Counted from the whole stretch's first letter, positions 13,901 through 26,703 are shown. The stretch: 53,319 nucleotides of DNA, filler included, from Sluysia triapertura (GCA_046118255.1; 4 parts of 4 records of this genome joined end to end with filler, not necessarily neighbours in it); one strand, 5' to 3'. A program made the numbers and translations. The notes: generated by a model not told the origin, from the sequence alone.

Positions 13901-14868
13901 ATAATCACAACTTGATAAATTTATTTATGTCTTTTAGATCAAAAAATTTGTTGACATTGATTTATTCTTCATATTAGTGTTAGTCGGAGATCGTTGAATT
14001 TTGATTTTTCTTCAAAATGTTTTTAACTGTTTTTATCGTCCAAAAAATCACGAATGGCATAATTTTTTTATACAATATTATTATTTTGCTGTTATTTTAG
14101 TCTGTCCAATCAGACTACACATACATGAAATTCAGAATAAATGGTCTGTTGAGTGAAATTTTATTTTTATCCACCTATTTTTGCTTGCCCAATCAGAGCA
14201 TTTGTGAGTATTGTCAGTAATGTGCACTCTGATTGGGTAATGAATAAAATTCATTTATAAACTAATTGACTATCAACCGTCATCAGTACTGTCACTCCAA
14301 TGACATTTTTAAACAGCGTTATAAGTACTGATGACGGCAGCAACTATTTTGACGAAATAAATTAAAAATTAATAATTCATTTACAATAATAATAACAACA
14401 GCAATAACAATAATAGCAATAACGAGAACATTGTGATTATTATTATTGTTATAAAAAGATGAATGCATAAACTTATCTTTGAAACTTCTACACGAACTTT
14501 TTTCTTTCTATTTTATATTCTAACATATATAATAAATAAAAGAAATAAAACTTTTGAAATACTGTGAAGAAACAACGATAACGAGGTATATTACGTCTCA
14601 GTTATCGTTGTTGCTTCTTGTTGAGATAATGAATCGTTTAAAGCTTTACTGTATTTATTTATAAAAATAAAAGAAATGATTTCAGTTGTAATTGAAACGA
14701 AGAATATTAAAATAGATTACTAAAATTTATTAAGATTTGGAATTAAAAATAAGATTTATACCTTGAATATGATAATTTGAGATGCTTATTGAAAGGTCGA
14801 AGTTATTTTAGTTTAAAACGATGATTACAAAATAATCTTACCATGTTTATGGTGTTATAAAGAATAAG

Positions 14869-15282
14869 TGTTGGTGATGAATATGTATGAACGAAGTAGG
14901 TTTGTTTAGTGTAGTTGGTTGGGAGTTTGAATGAAATTGTTATCCATGTCTGAGGTACTTGTTGATATTATTATGTGGTGCTATTGTATTTATAATTTTT
15001 GTATTATATATTGTGATTGTGGTTTGTTTGAAGAAATAGCTTTTGAGTGAATGTTGTGAATTATTCGGGATTAATTATCAAGATAAGGTGTGGATGAGTT
15101 GTTGCTATATCTGAGTTGTTAGGATATTATGAATGTGGAGTATTGTTTATGATGATTGAGTTGATGTATTTCGGTAGTAAAAAGTGTGATTGCTTTAGAA
15201 ATTATGTTTTAGTGGAGTTTAAATTATGAATATTTGACATTATGTTTTAAAAAGTTTTAGGTTGTGAGTGTTGGCCACTACA
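14869..15282 (-). repeat. Probable solo LTR (TGTAGTGGCCAA family)
   Basis: The minus strand begins TGTAGTGGCCAACACTCACAACCTAAAA and ends CCAACA. The start is nearly identical to 41829-41860 and similar to 37965. No convincing TSD. Confidence 0.55.
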
Positions 15283-17739
15283 TTGAGTATTAATAAAGTC
15301 TATCGACTTTATTCGACTATTAGAAAAGACTTATTATTACAATAAATTATTTTTGAAATTTTCTGTTATTATTTTTATTATTGCTAATAAAAATTTTTCA
15401 GTATTTTAATAAAATATACCAACATTATTATAGTTAATAGATTAAACGCTCTTGGAGCTTTTATTACTGCTTTCAGCTTTTTATTATTATTCTAAGATCT
15501 TTCGTTATTTCGTGAAGTTGATATTTTTGTGTTTATTTAATTATTATATAATTAATTATTTAATTATTTACGTTATTAAAATTTTTATCATTTGAGAATT
15601 TGTTAAAGACACTAACTGCAGAACATTTATTTGCAGATAAAATATTAGCTTATTTAGTTGCAGGCATGCCCTCTTTACAACATAAGACGTTTGCTGTAAC
15701 CGGAACCTGCTCAAAAAATACTTTGCTGCAGTTAAGAGTGTTAGAAAACGACAGCACAGGCAAGTCAACACTATTTATTCTACGAAATATTTGAATTATA
15801 CAAAAAATTAAGTGTATTTTTGCCATTCCTAGAATATGTTATCAGAATGTTTTCAAATACAACAAATTGTTGGGGTTGGTGATGTAGATGTAAGTGTCAG
15901 GACCCAGGATAACAGCATAGGTGAACATTATTGAAGAATTAAGATAGGATATTATGATGAACTGTAATGGTAAGATAAGTATATAAAATACTTAAATCAA
16001 GATAAAATAATGAGAAATATTAAAGTGCATTTGTTAACTAAAGCACATTTGTTTAATTTGATAAGTCAATAAAAATGTTTGCTCATGATTAAATGATATT
16101 GGATTTAGTGTTTAATATTGAGATTTATTAGTGTTTTTAATGATGAAGTATTGCGAAGCACGTCAACGTAGATAACTTAAATATTAGTTATTTTAATTAA
16201 TTTTTATAATTTAAAATTCAAGTTAAATATGTTCCAATGTCTAATTATTAATAAAATATCAATCAAATTGATGCTTATAGAGAGATCAATTCAAATATGT
16301 TATTGAACTTGACGCACAAAGTTTTAATGCAGAATACTCCTGTGAGAAATAAATTTATTATTTCATTGATTTTATCGTTAAATTAAGTTGACAAATTGAG
16401 TTATTATTATAAAAGAAATGTAACAATGATTTTAAATTTTAATCAGAAGATTGTTTGCCACAAATCCCATTTACCGCAGATAATTGGAATGATAATGAAG
16501 TTGAACTTAGACGGAAATTGCTGTAGACATTTAATTGGCGAAATTAATCGGCTTATTGCCGACTAAAAGAAAATCGACAGCTTGTTCGATTTCTAATTTT
16601 TAATTTCACTAATTGCCATAAAACTGCTCTTTAGTAGTTACATTTCTGCAATTAAAACAGAAGCAAAGAAAAATTTAAATTACTTTTCAACTGTAGGAAG
16701 CTGCTTTAGTTTATCTGTGGATAACGTGAAACTAAAGTTATTTCTTTAGTAACTGACTAAAATAAACCATTTTCTTTTTAGAACAAGGATTAGTAATATT
16801 TTGCATTAATACGGGTGCTAAAATTTAAATAAGTTGTGTCACCCTGGTTGTGATGTGTCTTTAAAGAATAATTTACATTTTTATAGAGTAATTTATATTG
16901 ATATTGTTATAAAGAATAATTTATATATTCTACTTGTAATCTTGTGATAATATAACGAATATATCGAGATTTTTAATTTGTTTGGTTATTAAGTTTCAAT
17001 GTGATAATTTGGGAAAATTAAAATGTTAAAAGACACAACAAAATAAATACATATTATAAAAGATATAAAATTATATTTCACAAATTCAGTGTTTGTTATA
17101 AGCACTGCATGCAACAAAAAGTATATATTCTATGATTTCTTAGTTTAATTTCTTAAGCAAAATATTATAGTGGATTCATCTATACTATACGCTTTACACC
17201 TATTGGGAGACAGACCAATAAAACTTTTCATGTTAAATGAGGGTCAAATTAACTCTCTTCACTTAATTTACCTTTTTATGCTAAGTCAAAATTACTAAAA
17301 GCGTAAAGTTTATTGTACAAAACTAATTACATTACTAAATTCAATTAAGATAATAAAAATAATATATTATTATATATAAAATATATAAATTAGTTTATTG
17401 CAAACAAATTATTTTAATATAGATTTTAAGATTTGTTTAAATTAATCGTGGAAAATAATTAAAAGTTTATGTCAATTTTAGTAATCTTATAAATAATAAA
17501 CTTACAAATAACAAAAACATAGAATATTGTTACCCCAATCTTGTGATAAGTGCCATTTGTCTACCACAAGTCGTATGGAATTGATAATAACGCGCTTTGG
17601 TGTGTATTGAATAATAAAAACGCTCTTGTCGTATTTTGTATAAAATTTACTCATCTTTATATTGTTGGGGTAAAAGGCCTAAAAAGTGCCAAGTAGTATA
17701 ATTGATATATTGAAAATGAAATTGTTAGACGGGGCTGAT

Positions 17740-17839
17740 NNNNNNNNNNNNNNNNNNNNNNNNNNNNNNNNNNNNNNNNNNNNTTAATTAATTAANNNNN
17801 NNNNNNNNNNNNNNNNNNNNNNNNNNNNNNNNNNNNNNN
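17740..17839. other. Artificial contig-joining spacer
   Basis: N44-TTAATTAATTAA-N44, with stops in all six frames; an identical copy occurs three times. Confidence 0.98.
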
Positions 17840-18110
17840 TTAAAATCCTACGCAGACGTCCATTATAGGTAAATCGTTTGACGTAGGCGGACCCAAAATA
17901 TAAATTTATCATTTTTCTATAATTGTTCAGGTCGTACTAAAATCGAACATTATTATTATTATTATTGCACTTACTAAATTACACGGAATGATCGCCAAAT
18001 AATGTCGCGAATGAACCTTAATTAATGTTTGTGGATACTTATTTAAATGTGGATGTTTTTAAATGTTATAACAGTTCTTTCAGTTGTAACATAAATTTTC
18101 CCAGATATTT
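17840..18110 (+). repeat. 3' part of a Gypsy-type LTR with decayed PBS at the contig start
   Basis: 17841-17950 aligns with 51036-51137. gtaacataaattttcccagatattt (18086-18110) parallels gcaacataatttttggtgcccagtatattt at 51332. Confidence 0.6.
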
Positions 18111-18348
18111 AGATAATATAAAGTAAGTGCAATATCAATTTCATATTTTAGCAATATTTATTATAAATATAATTTATTTAAAATATTTTTATTTTTAAAA
18201 TGCTTTTCACAAAATTTATAATATGATTTCTTACAAAGTAATTAAATGAATTGTTTAAATAATCCATGATTACAATGTACTTTGGGATACTACTACTACT
18301 ACTACTATTAGTACTACTACTACTACTATTAGTACTACTACTACTACT

Positions 18349-18663
18349 AATTTACAAATGATTACATTACGGAAGTTCTGAATTGGAAATGAAGACGAAT
18401 ATTTCATTGAGGCAAAATAATAATTTATAGAGAACTCAGAGTGATAACAAGCTAAGTGATAGGTTGTATACTGTTTATGTCTCAAAGATATACAACCAGT
18501 TATCAGAGAATGTCAAATTGCTGGAAGATTATGAAACATTTAAGAAAAAAGCAAAGTTCTTTCTGTTTCAGAAATATTATGATAACTTACCTTAAGCGCT
18601 GTTGAGTACTTTCGCAGTAGATACGAGCGCAATATAAATTAATATATTATATTATTATTATTA
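18349..18663 (+). mobile_element. Second, more 5'-truncated copy of the same L2 LINE
   Basis: Clear nucleotide similarity to 9762-10095 (gtgataggttgta.ac.gtttatgt; tttctgtttcagaaatattat; gagcgcaatataaattaatatattattatt). Confidence 0.85.
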
Positions 18664-21149
18664 TAAATAATCCATTATTACAATGTACTTTGGGATACTA
18701 CTACTACTACTCATACTACTTTAGTATTGGTTTACTATAGTTTCAGTATTATGGTTTAGTATTATGGTAAGCTTGAGGAGATCTGATTGGTTTTTAGTTA
18801 AATAATATAAAATTGATAATTTAGTGATATTTCGTTGGACGAATATAAATTTGAGTATACTATTATTACAAGTGTATACAAGATAATTTAATGAAATTCG
18901 TTAGTATAATAAATTAAAAGAAATTATTTTAAATGTAAAAATTTATGCAAAATTCATAAAAATGATTATTTAGTTAAATACCACAACCGTTCTTCTTCTC
19001 AAACAAAATTCAGTACGTTAAATCATATTCAATAATTTAATTGTAACTTTAATTCTCGATTAAATTCAAAATGACTACAAAAGTAGGAATCACTTGAACA
19101 TTGAACAAATTTTAATGAATGTTGTTAATAAATTGACTTCAAAAATTTATCCTACTACTAAAATTGATTTAAACATAAGATCTGGTGTCCTCTGACGAAT
19201 AGACAACACGTGATTTCGTAAATCAATTTAATATAAAAAGTTATCTATCAATTCATCATTATTTTTTGGAAAATTCTGTAGCGTTAAGAATCAGTGGTAA
19301 TTCTATATTTTAAATGAAGTTAGTATTTTATGTTTTATTTATATTACAAACATTTATATTGTATTATAATTGATCAAGTTGTTTATTATTCTCAGAGATT
19401 TTAAGATAGATCGTGATTCTATTAATACCAAGTTTATGATTATGAAAGTCATGTAAAAATAACTTTAAGCACAATAGATATAAACTATTCCCGATTTTCA
19501 TTATTCGGCCTTGATATTGAAATAAATCTTAATCGAAACTCGAAACCAATTTATATTATAGTGAAACTACTTATGAAACTTCGATCAAATTCACTTAATA
19601 AAGAAATGATTGACAATAGATTCTCATATGATGATACGAAATTCTATGTCATGTAACTATAAAATTTTATTTTAATTCATACCAAAAGAACATTTTCACA
19701 ACTATGTTATAAGAACAAAGAACATTACCTTTTACTTAATAAGTCACAATGATATTAATTTACTTTCAAACATTTTATATAATATAAATGAGACTTTCAA
19801 ATTTTGTAAAATCTACTTAGATCAACTTCTAACATCAACATGCTCCATCCTACTGCTAAATTATTATCCAAACTGAAAACATTAGAAAAATGGTATCTAC
19901 GCTTATTATTGTTTAATATGACCAAGTAAAAAAGGATTACATTGTTTTAATTTCTTGAGTAATGATTGTTACGACGTGATAATTTTAGCTTAATCTAATT
20001 TGGTTTAGGTTATCATAATGTGTCACGTTAAAATAATATAAATATAAGCTGTACGTCAATAAACATAGATATAAAATAATTGTAAATAATAACTAAATTA
20101 GAATAGGTGTAAATAGCAATTTATAATTCACAGTTCACCCTTACTTTAATTTTAATAAATAAATGTCAATATGTAATATCATTTTAATAAATTATTAATT
20201 AGCAATACTTGTTATTGTAAAAAGGTGTAAACAAAAATGAACTTTAACATATTATATTAGTAATGTACATAAATAATACAAGTATTATATAAATTACATA
20301 TTATTATATTATTAGATTTAAAAAGTGGACTGATTGGAATTCGAACTCGAAATTATGCAACTAAGTTTTGTTCGTCTAATAATTCGTCAATTTTTTCATA
20401 CGGTTTTAAACATCCACCTTACCCTGGGAGGAGCCTGGACAGTATCAGATGTATTGGTTAACTGGTTTACTCGTGTTAGCGTAATTTGAAAAATCGTTGG
20501 TTGAGTGAATTATTGGTGAGTATCATATTAAATTTGGATTAGGTGTTAAAAGGAATTTTAAAGGTTTCCATTTGTATGAAGTTTATTGCACTTGCACGTG
20601 TAGGGGCTTAGGTTATCTGCAAGGGTTTCATTTTAAGTAGTCAAAGACTATTTTAATGGTCTGTTAAATGAGCCGCCTGTCACAACAATATCTGGAACGA
20701 TATTCTATCACTTTATTTAACAAGCCAAACATATAATTTATACAAGAAAGTGATATACAATATTTTATGTTAGATACCCATAATGGTTATGCTTGCAAGG
20801 TTCTATGCTTATCGAATATTGTATGTAAGGATTACTAACTTCATCTGCGAATAATACTTGCAATGATGTGTTGCTAAGTGTTATTAAATATTACCAAATA
20901 ATAAAAGAAAATAAACATCACAAAACCCATTCATTCAAAACAATTATTATACTTCAAAATGATAGATAAATGCCTTCATATCCTTAATATATCATCACAA
21001 ATCTTAAACACCTGTAAAAGCTATGGTATTAGTAAAAATGTATAGAACATAAATTTACTAATACTAAAGGGTAATAAAATAAATAAATATATTTATTAAA
21101 ATTCGTCATCAAAATTATCATCATTCTACTTATTAATAAAATACTATCA

Positions 21150-22990
21150 ATACTATCGTCGCTGTTGGAGTACAATTTTCTTTTATTTGATTGTGAATAA
21201 TTGATTATTTTGGAGCCAATTCTGATTTGATCTACAGAATAATTGGCACTATTTTCATAATATTCTTCATATTCATAATTTATTCAGAATAACTCCTTTA
21301 GCCTTATTGTATTCAATAGTATTTTGACCAAAAAATATCCAATCAATATATTTTACCTAATTTTGACTTGACACATCGAGTGACTCATCTTTAATCATTT
21401 CATTTAATAAAGTATCTAAATTAACATTAACAAGAAACTATCAGTATCAGCAGTCATAATTTCATTATTGCAATTAAATTTCTGATATTTTTCTAATTCT
21501 TCATATTGTAATTGATGCATTCTTAATTTGCTTAAATCTAAAACAGTTAATCCTACAGGATTTGGTCTATCTAAGCACACTTCTTTTCCTAGTAAAATTG
21601 CAATCAAATCGTCGCAACATTAATTAAATTTTTAGCAGTACGACTAGATATTACATTAGTACATCATTTTAAATTTTTACAGTCTTTCCAGAGAGAGAAC
21701 TGCTTCAAATTTTAAAATTTTTTCTGGAATTTCGTTGTTGCATGACTATGCTTATTCGAATTATAATCAATATATTTTTTAAAAATAAAAGTTTGATTAA
21801 ATTTAACTGCTCCTAAGTTTACATATATTTTGTAGAATAAGTCGATGTACTATATAATTAAATTTATGATCATGAGTTTGTATTTCATATCGTGTAGTAT
21901 AACATATCGATTGTATAACATATTTTACTATTTGCAGTGTATGCATTTGGTAAATTTACAATTAATTTATATAGATCATATATCCATTCGAAGCCATTGT
22001 GTAAGTCCAGCCATATAAATTAATAATATCTATGTACAATAAACTAGTATTAATATCAGCTTTTGCATAATATTTGTTGACAAATGTCTTCGTACACCAT
22101 TTTTGAAAAAACTAAACATGTTAGGATCACTTAAAACCAGTAACTCATCATATTTTATTTAAGTGCTGATGACCAACTTAAAGTTGCTTGGATCTAAATA
22201 GTCTTCATTTATGGATCTTTTCCTAAATTCTTCAAAAATATCCACCAATAAATGCGTTTAATTTTATGTAGGCCATCAAGTAATCAAATAAATTATCACA
22301 ATTTAATTATTGACATAATAATTTAATATGACAATGCCTTATTTTAATTGTCATCATTTACATCATTGTGTCACTTTGATGGTGGTAATATTTTGTAGCA
22401 CACAGATTGAAGTAGCCACATGATATGTAAAAATATTTTTTGATATTGCTACACTATTTTAAAATACACTAAATTGAAAACGATCTACAAATTTAATTGA
22501 AAAATTTGTAATGATCTAATATAAGCAAATAAGGATTGAAACTATAGTGAACATTGTGGATTAATTCAACCAATGCATATTTTAATATATGACGTCATAC
22601 CCGCGTAAATTATGAAATATAGGTAAAGTCTCCTTAAATTACATTTACTACAAAATATTTACTAAAAAATGATCATAATCTTTAACAAGTTTAGTTGCTC
22701 GTTTTTTGCATTATTAAACTGAAATTGTTCGTAACTAGTTAAATTCATTTCTTTTTGATATTAGTAATAAGGCATAACTAAATTTTGAACAAGTTCGACA
22801 ATCTTACTTAAAAAAACCTTCTGCACATTTATCACTAGCAAAACTGAACCTACAGCTAATGGTTCATGACTTTGTTGATATTGTCTGTCTGGTAGCAATA
22901 CTGATTCAAAATCTGCATATATATCAAATGGTGATAAGTAAATTCACATTTTTTATGAAATGGCATAGTATGAAAATTATCTCTTAAATA
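21150..22990 (-). pseudogene. Decayed protein-primed family-B DNA polymerase (Polinton/Maverick/adintovirus type)
   Basis: Ordered motifs on the minus strand: PFDIYADFES (ExoI, ~22930), PIFHNLRGYD (ExoII, ~22610), LLYIDIINLYGW (motif A, ~22030), and LDRPNPVGLTVLDLSKLRM..ADTDSF (motif C, 21607-21416). Many stops and frameshifts. Confidence 0.9.
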
Positions 22991-24212
22991 TTTTTACTGC
23001 GAAACTTAATATGATTATTAAATTAGCTATCTGTCCTAAATCCTCTTAAACATTTTGTGCATCACTTACACTTAATTCTTTAAAATTTCTTCATATTATC
23101 GACGGTTAAATTTTAGTATTTTATGCATATTTTTTACTCAAATATATATACACTATCGTCCCTCTTAAAAACCTATATCCAATATAAAAAGTACAACCAA
23201 TCAGAACGATCTAATAAAAACACGAACCAAATAATTCATATCAAATCCAAATTTAATATGAATTCACCAATGAAGACGATTTTTCAAATTATGGGCGCGC
23301 GCGTAAACCAGGTAGTCATTTTCAACATTATTAATTATTATTATTATTATTTCGGCATCTATTAATTTATGCAGTTTTATGCGATTTATCAAATTATACA
23401 GATATTGAACTAACTGCACAATGCACTTTACGTAGCAAATAGCACGTATCGGAGTATCCGAATATTTATCGAAAGTTATCCAAATTCATGAATCTGACTT
23501 TCATTTTTATGTGAAACATTGATGCACAACACTGCTATGGTCATGAACCGACAATTAAGCAGAATGAAACAGCATTATAAAATAATAATTGAGAGCAAAG
23601 ATGTATATTTGTCTGTGGCGCTTCAGATTAAAGTAAATATGGTTTTTTTGTTGCACGTAATACAAAACATAGAAACCAATTACAAACTGTATTTGCATGT
23701 CATTATATAGAAATTTAAATCATTTAAATTATGTGAGATAATGAAAAATATTAAATTATTAAATATTTTTAATTAACTTTTTCTTTTCATTGATAGAAAA
23801 TAGATTTAAAATTTTATTTATTTAGGATTTAATGAATTTTTATACAATCAAGATAAATATAAACTTCTTAAATTAGCTTATCAAGATTATAACCTGGAAC
23901 ACTAGTGCGTGATGTATTTTTATTATAGTCAATTATTCAATTGGAACTTTCAGCTTTATTTAATTCTACAACAAAATTTAGTATCTTTTAATTTTAGAAA
24001 GACACATTATACGAAATAAAAATAAAAACAAATAAATAATTGAAGCAAGTTTTTAAAACACGTGTATCTTATTTGTATGTTTACTACTTCAACTAAACTC
24101 AATTGTTAAATTTATAGGTCTAACAAATCCTAAATTCTTCAAAATACTTTTTCACTAATATTAAATAATGAAAAGAAAATTCTGTTTCAATCAAAAATTA
24201 AATTAAATAACT

Positions 24213-25058
24213 TTATTTTATTTTCACAAATTTCACACGCTTTAAGCACGCGATATAAATAATATAGATTTCACTAACTTGAACACCTTTTGACCAATTT
24301 TTATTGTATGCGTAATCGTATTCAGAAATATCACCGAGAATTTTCTTAATTTGATTGTTATTTACCGAGTATATAGGAATGGAACCCAGTGTAGCCTTAG
24401 TGAATAGACTCATACCATTGTTATTCTTAGTACATTCTTTAACTTGGGGATAATCCTGTTGATTTGTTAAATGCTTTAAATTATTTGACTTTTCAGTACA
24501 CTTCTCATTCTCATGCTGATCATCATCACCATCATTATCTTCATCTTCACCAACGTCGCCGTTATCATTATCATTATTATTATTATCAACATTATTGTTA
24601 TTATCATCTGCATTATTATCATTATTTTTATTGTTATCATCATGACCATTAATNNNNNNNNNNNNNNNNNNNNNNNNNNNNNNNNNNNNNNNNNNNNNNN
24701 NNNNNNNNNNNNNNNNNNNNNNNNNNNNNNNNNNNNNNNNNNNNNNNNNNNNNNNNNNNNNNNNNNNNNNNNNNNNNNNNNNNNTATTGTTCTCATCCTT
24801 ATCTTCATCACCATATCCATTATCTGTGTCTAAAACAGATTCTTCTTCAGCAATTGTTGACGGTGGTTTTCTGTGAGGTGGGATAGGTGGTATATGTAAA
24901 GATGAAAACAATGAAGTATCTTGTAAAAGATTGGATAACATTGTATTAGAATTAGAAGTACTTGTTTGAAGTGATGAAAGAACATAGTTCATAGTTTGTT
25001 GAAGATTTGTTGACGTATATTTTACATTATAAAACGATGTATAAAAATTCATATTCAA
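24213..25058 (-). CDS. Uncharacterised low-complexity Asp/Asn-rich protein, interrupted by an assembly gap
   Basis: The frame is open on both sides of the N-run, with non-repetitive N- and C-terminal parts and a PPIPPHRKPP motif. Frame continuity across the gap is unverified. Confidence 0.5.
   Translation of the reverse strand: MNMNFYTSFYNVKYTSTNLQQTMNYVLSSLQTSTSNSNTMLSNLLQDTSLFSSLHIPPIPPHRKPPSTIAEEESVLDTDNGYGDEDKDENNXXXXXXXXXXXXXXXXXXXXXXXXXXXXXXXXXXXXXXXXXXXXINGHDDNNKNNDNNADDNNNNVDNNNNDNDNGDVGEDEDNDGDDDQHENEKCTEKSNNLKHLTNQQDYPQVKECTKNNNGMSLFTKATLGSIPIYSVNNNQIKKILGDISEYDYAYNKNWSKGVQVSEIYIIYIACLKRVKFVKIK
24654..24784. other. Assembly gap within a trinucleotide-repeat-rich tract
   Basis: Run of N flanked by (ATC/ATT)-rich sequence. 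Confidence 0.95.
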
Positions 25059-25314
25059 TCAACATATCAAATCAGACAAGTATCGAAGTACCATGGATGA
25101 TTTTGAAAATATAAACCAGAGAAAATTTATTTTTCTACAATGATTTTTATAAGACCATGCCTAAATCCGTTCGAAAGTTTATTAACTTAAAAACTTTATC
25201 TAATCACTATGATTGTGTCGACTGCATTTGAAATTAGTAAAAATATGAGTTCTTTCTTCAGTATCTTATATTAAACAAATACCACAATATCAAAAAATAG
25301 ATGTATTAAAATAT

Positions 25315-26703
25315 TTATTTACAATAATTTTTTCTTAAATCTGTAATGAGTTGCTTCATTTCATCGAATTTATTCTGATTGGACCATATGCATTTCTTAC
25401 TTACATCACACTTTAGTTGTTTAGAAAATAAATCTTTATAAAACTCTTGCAGATTTGGCAACAGCCATTTGTGTGGATTTGAATTGTTTCGATATGCCTC
25501 TAAACAAGCTTGTTTATTGGCCACAAAAACACTTAATCCACAATTAATATCACTGATTTTATGTGGAAAAATCGGATATAAAATTACATTATAATTACTT
25601 GAAAATTTCTCTATTAAAACAGTGTCAATAAAATGCATATGTGCATCATAAAATAAAATATTTCTCGTGTTTCCATTAACAATATCTTTATTCAAACACG
25701 TCATTAAAAATTGTTCAAAATATCTACTGAAATTACTAAAAATTTCATTAATATCTTTAACTCCTTTACTATAAGCTGCTGAATAAAACTGAAAATAAAT
25801 CAAATCGCCTTGTTCGTTGCATAATTCGTAGCAACTATGAGCTGATTTATTAGATACTATTTTCTTAAATACCGATTTGTCTAACATAGATTTAATATCC
25901 AATTTATGTTTCTTATCTAATTCAAAATTTGAAATACCGAAATAATATATATTTAATGTTGAATTTAAATTTTTCATCAATTCATTATCATAATTAGTTT
26001 TACGGATTTTTGTAATATGATATTTTTCCGTTGTCAATTTTTGAATTAATTTAAAACGATTTGAAAATAAATCATACCAATTGGAATTTTTTGTTAACAC
26101 AAATTTCTTATTTTCATTCCTTTTATTATATTGATTTAATTTATTAAATAATAATGGACCAATTAATAAAATATCTTCTTTAGTTAAACTATAACCGATT
26201 CGATTTAATGATTTTATATGTTCAAATAAAACCTTCTCATTATTGTTAGTCAAACGTTTACGACGAATTATTTTCTGATTTACCGAATTCAATTCATCTA
26301 CGTTATTATCATTCCATAACCCTAATTTAATTGCTGTTGCTCTAGTTTCACTTAGTAACTGCTCCAAATTAATACCGTTATCCATTGCAGCATTAAAAGG
26401 ATGTTTACCTTGGAAAAGTATTTCATGAATACCATTATCATACTTAGGTTGAACAAATAATTCATAGCTCAATCGTCTTGCTGACATTTTATTTTGTCTT
26501 ATAAAATTAATTTCATGCATCTCTTCAGTAACAGAATCATCATCATCATCATCATCGTCGTCGTTATCATCTTCATCATCATTATCATCAATATTACTAT
26601 ATGTATCTGTAATAAATTTAACAGCTTCATTATGATCTTCATGATTTTTAAAACTATTAAAATAATACCAATTTAATCGATCCATTAATTTATTAATTTT
26701 CAT
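25315..26703 (-). CDS. Intact pogo/CENP-B-family transposase-derived protein (psq-like HTH + CENP-B-type HTH + degenerate DDE_1)
   Basis: 462-aa ATG-to-stop ORF. Motifs: FIRQNKMSARRLSYELFV (psq-like HTH); LTNNNEKVLFEHIKSLNRIGYSLTKEDI..WYDLFSNRF (CENP-B-type HTH); ILFYDAHMHF..NVILYPIFPHKIS (DDE_1 'lllDgH.SH..I.l..lPpHtt' pattern). Poly-Asp tract near the N-terminus. Confidence 0.75.
   Translation of the reverse strand: MKINKLMDRLNWYYFNSFKNHEDHNEAVKFITDTYSNIDDNDDEDDNDDDDDDDDDSVTEEMHEINFIRQNKMSARRLSYELFVQPKYDNGIHEILFQGKHPFNAAMDNGINLEQLLSETRATAIKLGLWNDNNVDELNSVNQKIIRRKRLTNNNEKVLFEHIKSLNRIGYSLTKEDILLIGPLLFNKLNQYNKRNENKKFVLTKNSNWYDLFSNRFKLIQKLTTEKYHITKIRKTNYDNELMKNLNSTLNIYYFGISNFELDKKHKLDIKSMLDKSVFKKIVSNKSAHSCYELCNEQGDLIYFQFYSAAYSKGVKDINEIFSNFSRYFEQFLMTCLNKDIVNGNTRNILFYDAHMHFIDTVLIEKFSSNYNVILYPIFPHKISDINCGLSVFVANKQACLEAYRNNSNPHKWLLPNLQEFYKDLFSKQLKCDVSKKCIWSNQNKFDEMKQLITDLRKNYCK

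Noticed and set aside
17740-17839. Palindromic TTAATTAATTAA within N-runs, repeated three times
   Set aside because: Artificial six-frame-stop linker. It also means adjacency across these points has no biological meaning.
18270-18485. Poly-Val ORF
   Set aside because: Antisense of the (TAC)n repeat plus the L2 fragment.
19050-19930. Degenerate coding-like stretch (similar ones at 43650-44500 and 47400-47720)
   Set aside because: Multiple stops and no recognisable motif, so it cannot be assigned.
24464-24833. Overlapping His-, Ile- and Met-rich ORFs
   Set aside because: Alternative frames of a trinucleotide repeat spanning an N gap.
26494-26676. Ile-rich plus-strand ORF
   Set aside because: Antisense of the poly-Asp tract of the pogo-derived gene.
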